From Alphaproteobacteria bacterium (lineage in GTDB: Bacteria > Pseudomonadota > Alphaproteobacteria > UBA9219), in the NCBI GenBank assembly GCA_028690155.1, contig JAQVBU010000011.1, forward strand, positions 12,370 through 76,369: a stretch of DNA of 64,000 nucleotides. The letters run 5' to 3'. Below, in pieces: positions 59,308-64,000 of this stretch. Below the pieces are notes generated by a model, which did no database searches, was not told the origin of the DNA, and saw only the letters and a program-made list of their open reading frames with translations. Every line of letters starts with the position of its first letter. Position 1 is the first letter of the stretch. Made by a program: the position numbers and the translations under genes.

Positions 59308-59889
59308 ATGGCTCGTTCACGTCTTATTCTTGCTTCGGCATCGTCGCGCCGCTTGGCTTTACTGACGGGGGTTGGGCTTGTCCCGGACGCGGTCGTTCCG
59401 GCAGAGCTTGATGAAACACCCGGAAAGAAAGAAACGCCCCGTGCCTTGGCACAGAGACTGGCCCTTGAAAAAATGCAGGCTGTTGCTCATGCTGAAGGGC
59501 AAGGCGCCTATGTTTTGGCGGCGGATACGGTTGTGGGACTCGGGCGCCGGATTTTGCCCAAGGCCAAAACGGCCGACGACGTCCGGCGTTTTTTAAAACT
59601 GATGGCCGGGCGAAGACATCATGTTTATACGGGCGTCGCTTTGGGAACGCCGGATGGAAAGGTCTTAAGCCGGGTGAGCGACAGCACCGTTATCTTTCGC
59701 CAGCTTTTGGATGCCGAAATTGACGCTTATGCACGGACCGGTGAAGGGATCGGCAAGGCGGGAGGCTATGCCATTCAAGGACGGGCCGGGCTTTTGATTC
59801 GTTTTATTTCAGGATCCTATTCCGGAATTGTGGGCTTGCCGTTGTTTGAGGTTAACCAGATGTTGCGAGGTGTCGGATGGAGCCAATGA
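59308..59889 (+). CDS. maf: Maf-family nucleoside triphosphate pyrophosphatase
   Basis: ILASAS.RR, ELDE, ADTVV, KAGGYAIQG, GSYSGIVGLP. Confidence 0.95.
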   Translation: MARSRLILASASSRRLALLTGVGLVPDAVVPAELDETPGKKETPRALAQRLALEKMQAVAHAEGQGAYVLAADTVVGLGRRILPKAKTADDVRRFLKLMAGRRHHVYTGVALGTPDGKVLSRVSDSTVIFRQLLDAEIDAYARTGEGIGKAGGYAIQGRAGLLIRFISGSYSGIVGLPLFEVNQMLRGVGWSQ

Positions 59890-60089
59890 CGAAGAGGGGG
59901 ACTCAAACGTGCCCAATATGCGGCAAACCTGTGGTTGATCAATTCAAACCGTTTTGTTCATCGCGTTGTTCCATGGTCGATTTTGGGGCATGGATAGGCG
60001 AAACCTATCGGTTAAAAAGCGAGGAAACCGATGAGGAAACAACCACTTTTCCGGAAAAAGATCCTGAAAATAATACATACAAAGGCTAG
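59886..60089 (+). CDS. yacG: DNA gyrase inhibitor YacG
   Basis: CPICGK...PFCSSRC..VDFGAWI; ATGA overlap with maf. Confidence 0.9.
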   Translation: MTKRGTQTCPICGKPVVDQFKPFCSSRCSMVDFGAWIGETYRLKSEETDEETTTFPEKDPENNTYKG

Positions 60090-60144
60090 ACAAGAGGGCC
60101 AAGCTTTCCTATAAGCTCCCCTCGCTGGGATTTAAGGCTTGTGG

Positions 60145-60220
60145 GCCTAGGTAGCTCAGTTGGTAGAGCAGGGGACTGAAAATCCCCGTGTCGGCGGTTC
60201 AATTCCGTCCCTAGGCACCA
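60145..60220 (+). tRNA. tRNA-Phe (GAA)
   Basis: 76-nt cloverleaf GCCTAGG...CCTAGGCACCA; anticodon loop CTGAAAA. Confidence 0.97.
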
Positions 60221-60287
60221 TTTTTTCCTTCGGCGTTGTTGAGCCATCCTTTTCCACCCAACGCCCCATACCAAAACGCGAAGCGAC

Positions 60288-61136
60288 TTAAGAAGCAAGC
60301 CAGCGAATGGCATCGTTGGCATAGGCCGTTTTCATGGCGGCATGCAGGGCTGGAAAAAGCGTTTTAAGGGTCTCATCAAGCCCCCAAGGAGGGTTGATGA
60401 TGACAAGTCCGCTTCCGGCAAGATTATCCGTGCGGACGTTTTCATCATAAATGAATTCGGCACAAAGGATTTTGGGTATTCCGGAAGCGGCCAAGGCTTC
60501 ATGAAAAGCCCATATGGCCGGGCGGTTTTTGACAGGGTACCATGCCATATAAAGGCCCGACGGCCAGCGTTTATGCGCTTTGACAAGATGGTGGGTCAGG
60601 GTGTCGAATTCGTCTGCGTCTTCATAGGGCGGATCGATCAGGACAAGGCCGCGTTTTTCCGGCGGTGGCAAGAGCGCGTTTAACGCCTCATACCCGTCGC
60701 GGCGATGGACCTGAAAACGCGCATCCAGAGGCGCTTGGGTATGCAGATCCCGCGCCTCTTCGGGGTGCCGTTCGCAGGCGATTAGACGATCTTGAGCTCG
60801 AAGATGATGAAAAACGATAAAAGGCGATCCCGGATAAAGTCGAAAATTTTCCGGTTTTTCTTCGCTCCACGACGGATTGGCCCTTTGTAAAGCGCTATAA
60901 TACCCTTCCAGTCCGAGAAGAGGCGGCGCGTTCAAAAAAGTCCGGATACCGTTTTGGGCTTCATTCGTCTTTTGGGCGCGCGTGTCGTCGAGGGGGTAAA
61001 GCCCGGATCCCGCATGCGTATCGAGAACAGCGAATCCCTTGTTTTTATTCAATAAACTGGCGAGGATGCGGCACAAAACCGCATGTTTGACAACATCACA
61101 GATGTTCCCCGCATGGTAAATATGGCGGTAATTCAT
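60288..61136 (-). CDS. rlmJ: 23S rRNA m6A2030 methyltransferase RlmJ
   Basis: MNYRHIYHAGN..DVVKH, DTHAGSG, YPGSP, LIDPPYE, WYPVK, NPPW. Confidence 0.96.
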   Translation of the reverse strand: MNYRHIYHAGNICDVVKHAVLCRILASLLNKNKGFAVLDTHAGSGLYPLDDTRAQKTNEAQNGIRTFLNAPPLLGLEGYYSALQRANPSWSEEKPENFRLYPGSPFIVFHHLRAQDRLIACERHPEEARDLHTQAPLDARFQVHRRDGYEALNALLPPPEKRGLVLIDPPYEDADEFDTLTHHLVKAHKRWPSGLYMAWYPVKNRPAIWAFHEALAASGIPKILCAEFIYDENVRTDNLAGSGLVIINPPWGLDETLKTLFPALHAAMKTAYANDAIRWLAS

Positions 61137-61202
61137 GGCCGACGACACCCGAAATTCTAAAAACGGCGTTTTAAAAGTCAGGATATGATATACAAAGAAG
61201 AA

Positions 61203-61448
61203 TCAGGATTTGTTAATAAAATCGTAGCCACCATCTTCTAAACTTCTTAGCCCATGGTGGGACCCCTGGTGGGGTTGGAACCCGGCCTTTTTTTGAGGAT
61301 CAGAAAATAAGACAGCCAATTTGGCGATGTGCTCGATAGCCCCACGTTGAGAGAAAAGGCCAAAGTGTTGGGATCTTCCATGATGTTGGGGGTGAATGCC
61401 TGTTACTACTTTGGTAACAATAAACCTAAATGGAATATCGCTGGACAT
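61203..61448 (-). CDS. Short hypothetical ORF (may be spurious)
   Basis: 81 aa with no recognisable family, in a low-GC spacer. Confidence 0.3.
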   Translation of the reverse strand: MSSDIPFRFIVTKVVTGIHPQHHGRSQHFGLFSQRGAIEHIAKLAVLFSDPQKKAGFQPHQGSHHGLRSLEDGGYDFINKS

Positions 61449-61509
61449 AGCCTATCAGTGTTAGGAATGTTCTTCATTAATCAGGAATCTCTATTCGGCC
61501 TTATCTGAT

Positions 61510-62418
61510 ATGTCTATGAGAGAGAAGAAATCTATCGATCGTATTGAAGCCTTGATCCAAGAGGATGTCGGAAGAAATGTCATTCCGCTGTTTGAAGCAA
61601 CCAAGGGGAATTTGTATGCGGCGGCACAAGAAATTGCAGAAACAAAGACTCCGAAAATTGGGATTGTGACAGGTTTCTATGTTCCAGCAGGAAACCCTCC
61701 ATCAGCGGAAACCGATGGACCGTTGGGGGCAGTGGTTCTGTCCGCCGGCCTGAAAAAGGCAGCAGTTTCCTGCCGGATTCTGACTGATTCCTATTGTGCC
61801 GGAGCCTGTTTTGCAGCGATAAAAAAGACTGGGCATGATATTCCTTTAGATGTGGCGGATACAGACGATGATTTATCAAACGTCGAACAATTGTGGAAAA
61901 AAGAAGGCATAACTCATATCCTCTCCATTGAGCGTTGCGGGCAAAGTGCTGATGGTAAGCCCAGAAATATGAGGGGGAAGGACATTAGTGAATTTACGCC
62001 TGCGTTTGATAAATTGTTCCACTCAAAAAGTTGGAGAACCCTAGCAATTGGGGATGGTGGAAACGAAATAGGTATGGGAGCCATTGATTCAGCTATCATT
62101 GCTAGCTGTGTAGCACATGGTGATAAAATCGCGTGTAAAACACCTGCGGACTTTTTGATAACAGCAGGTGTTTCCAATTGGGGTGGCTATGCTCTTCTGG
62201 CATCTCTTGGTGTTTTGAGAAAAGAGTGGGGGCAAGGAGCATTGTCCGGGCTGAGTTCGCAGACACATGCTGAAATATTGGAAGCTATGGTTACGCAAGG
62301 ACCGTCAGTCGATGGAGTTACAGGTGAGCAGGTTTTGAGTGTGGACGGATTTGCTCTTGAACGGCACGAGAAGAAACTGGTTGCAGTGAAGAACATCGCA
62401 AGCATCCATCTTAGGTGA
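61510..62418 (+). CDS. DUF4392-domain protein (stand-alone homolog of the D-glutamate cyclase C-terminal domain)
   Basis: VTGF, ETDGPLG, IERCG, NMRGKDIS, IGDGGNEIGMG, GVSNWGGY, VDGV. Confidence 0.85.
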   Translation: MSMREKKSIDRIEALIQEDVGRNVIPLFEATKGNLYAAAQEIAETKTPKIGIVTGFYVPAGNPPSAETDGPLGAVVLSAGLKKAAVSCRILTDSYCAGACFAAIKKTGHDIPLDVADTDDDLSNVEQLWKKEGITHILSIERCGQSADGKPRNMRGKDISEFTPAFDKLFHSKSWRTLAIGDGGNEIGMGAIDSAIIASCVAHGDKIACKTPADFLITAGVSNWGGYALLASLGVLRKEWGQGALSGLSSQTHAEILEAMVTQGPSVDGVTGEQVLSVDGFALERHEKKLVAVKNIASIHLR

Positions 62419-62471
62419 AGATGGATGCTTTTCTCGGAAAGGGGCGACGTTGTTGATGTCGCATAGAAATC

Positions 62472-63794
62472 ATGTGTTATGATGAGTTTCAATTTTTGCG
62501 ATATTCTTTTGACAAAAAAGAGGGCGTTCTTAATATGCACTATGCATATAAGGACGGCCCTTCTTTTGAGGAGAATGTGTCCTTTCCTAGGGCTGCTGTG
62601 GCCTTGGACCCGGGCAAACATGAAGCCTTGGAACAAGCCTTCAAGCTCATTTTCCTGTTGTCCGGGATAAGCTACTATAAACTCTACGTTCCTCGTCGAG
62701 TTGTTTGCCCGGCGTTCCCTCTTGATAAGCAAACAGCAGATTTTCTTAACAAGATTTATTATCATGGTCTTGGCGAATTTGCGTACAGAAATAATGTCTC
62801 TGTTTCCAAAGAGCTGTTTGTTTGCACACAAGATGCCCCCCATCATAAGGCCGTAAAGGTCGCATTGAAAGATAGATCGCTTGTGCCCGTCGGTGGAGGA
62901 AAAGATTCCATTGTTTCTGTGGAGACACTTAAGAGAAATGCAGAAGACCTCCTGCTTTTTGCCGTCGGAAATGTAAAAGGTGTTGCAGAGCCGATCAGGA
63001 AATCAATAGAAACTATGGGGCAACCTTCTGTTATTATCAAAAGGATCCTATCAGGAGAGCTAATCAAGCAGAATGAAAAAGGAGCATTAAACGGACATAT
63101 TCCAATTACGGCGATATTAAGCAGTATTGCCGTAGCCAGTGCGTTGTTGTTTGATTGTAACAAAGTAATCTTTTCCAATGAAAGTTCAGCAAATGAACCG
63201 ACCGTATTTTTAGGTGGGCAAGCCGTAAATCATCAGTATAGCAAGACCTTAGATTTTGAGACGGATTTCGCTGATTTTACTAAATATTATGTATCCCCCA
63301 GTGTGGAATATTTCTCTCTTCTCCGTCCGTTAACGGAGGCTGAGATAGCTCGTCGTTTTTCCGAGATGAAAAAATATCACAATGTGTTTAGGAGTTGTAA
63401 TGCGGCTTTTAAACAAAATAATTTTGAGAGAGGTAAAACATGGTGTTGTGATTGCCCTAAATGCAGGTTTGTTTTCTTGGCGTTGGCCCCGTTTATCAAA
63501 AAAGTGGAGCTAGTGGAAATTTTTGGACAAAATCTTCTCGATGATCCACGACAACTTGATGGTTTTAGGGCGCTTTGTCAGGAAGGTGTGGACAAACCTT
63601 TTGAATGTGTGGGAGAAAAAAAGGAGAGTGCGGTTCTCCTGAAAAGTTTGTCTGCGAATTCGGATTGGAAAGACGATTATATTGTCCGATCCCTTGTTCC
63701 AGATTTTCCTTTAGCGACAGAGAACTTAGCATCTTTTCTGGCACGCAGGGGACCACATCGTATGCCTTCTCGATATAGGAGAGGAGTATGCTAG
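62472..63794 (+). CDS. murL: MurL, UDP-MurNAc-L-Ala-L-Glu epimerase
   Basis: SYYK, YYHGLGEFAYRN, PP-loop-like VGGGKDS, NGHIPITAI, SNESSA, NHQYSK, FRSCN, WCCDCPKCRFVFL, KPFECVG; adjacent to a MurD-like gene. Confidence 0.85.
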   Translation: MCYDEFQFLRYSFDKKEGVLNMHYAYKDGPSFEENVSFPRAAVALDPGKHEALEQAFKLIFLLSGISYYKLYVPRRVVCPAFPLDKQTADFLNKIYYHGLGEFAYRNNVSVSKELFVCTQDAPHHKAVKVALKDRSLVPVGGGKDSIVSVETLKRNAEDLLLFAVGNVKGVAEPIRKSIETMGQPSVIIKRILSGELIKQNEKGALNGHIPITAILSSIAVASALLFDCNKVIFSNESSANEPTVFLGGQAVNHQYSKTLDFETDFADFTKYYVSPSVEYFSLLRPLTEAEIARRFSEMKKYHNVFRSCNAAFKQNNFERGKTWCCDCPKCRFVFLALAPFIKKVELVEIFGQNLLDDPRQLDGFRALCQEGVDKPFECVGEKKESAVLLKSLSANSDWKDDYIVRSLVPDFPLATENLASFLARRGPHRMPSRYRRGVC

Positions 63795-64000
63795 ATGTCT
63801 GCGAAGTTCCTTAGTAAAAAAGAAGTCGTCGTATGGGGAACGGGAAGAGAGGGGCAGTCGGCAGTATTGTTTATGAGAGAGATTGCTCCGGATGTGAGAC
63901 TTTGTTTTGTCGATGAAAAAGAGAATCTTGATCAAGAAATGCTTGAAGGTGTCCAAATAGTTACTGGAGACAGAATTAAAGAAAAAGTTCTAAACGCAGA
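63795..64000 (+). CDS. MurD2-like ligase, N-terminal fragment (runs off the window)
   Basis: Not in the ORF track. GAGGAG RBS, then ATG at 63795 abutting the murL stop; reads MSAKFLSKKEVVVWGTGREGQSAVLFM...FVDE, a Rossmann-like WGxGREG start as in MurD2. Confidence 0.7.
   Translation, partial: MSAKFLSKKEVVVWGTGREGQSAVLFMREIAPDVRLCFVDEKENLDQEMLEGVQIVTGDRIKEKVLNA

Noticed and set aside
60145-60220. tRNA-Phe as the attachment site for the low-GC murL block
   Set aside because: The backbone gene rlmJ lies between the tRNA and the block, and no integrase or att repeat is visible in this window.

Overview
Bacterial chromosomal DNA, almost certainly from an alphaproteobacterium: it carries pleD-divK, a PleC/DivJ-family kinase, DUF2336, an Irr/Fur regulator, EipB/DUF1849, an alphaproteobacterial-type CheY-CheZ pair, tatABC-serS-nlpD, and TTAA-N7-TTAA CtrA boxes. 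Most of the window is housekeeping (rph, mreB, hisS, serS, aspS, acpP-fabF, miaA, rlmJ, sodB, ald, lolA, tRNA-Ala(CGC), tRNA-Phe(GAA)). Three accessory systems stand out. (1) A chromosomal type IVb-like pilus system split over three loci. The assembly cluster is at 24467-33322 (lipoprotein secretin, PilB/GspE-type ATPase, platform protein, non-canonical pilin). A PilV-like tip pilin at 16420-17901 is fused to a phage tail-fibre Peptidase S74 autocleaving chaperone. A further pilin sits directly behind mreB. (2) A low-GC block at the right edge encodes DUF4392 (a D-glutamate cyclase-associated domain), MurL and the start of a MurD2-like ligase, i.e. the peptidoglycan route that does not need free D-glutamate. 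(3) A partner-switching signalling cluster at 47045-51557 includes a sensor-less histidine kinase, an inverted HTH-receiver fusion, a palindromic candidate operator and a highly structured intergenic region. PdxS/PdxT and a HisRS that resembles the xanthomonad type may be lateral acquisitions. All family assignments come from motif recognition by eye; no database search was run. No CRISPR array, rRNA, transposase or integrase was seen.
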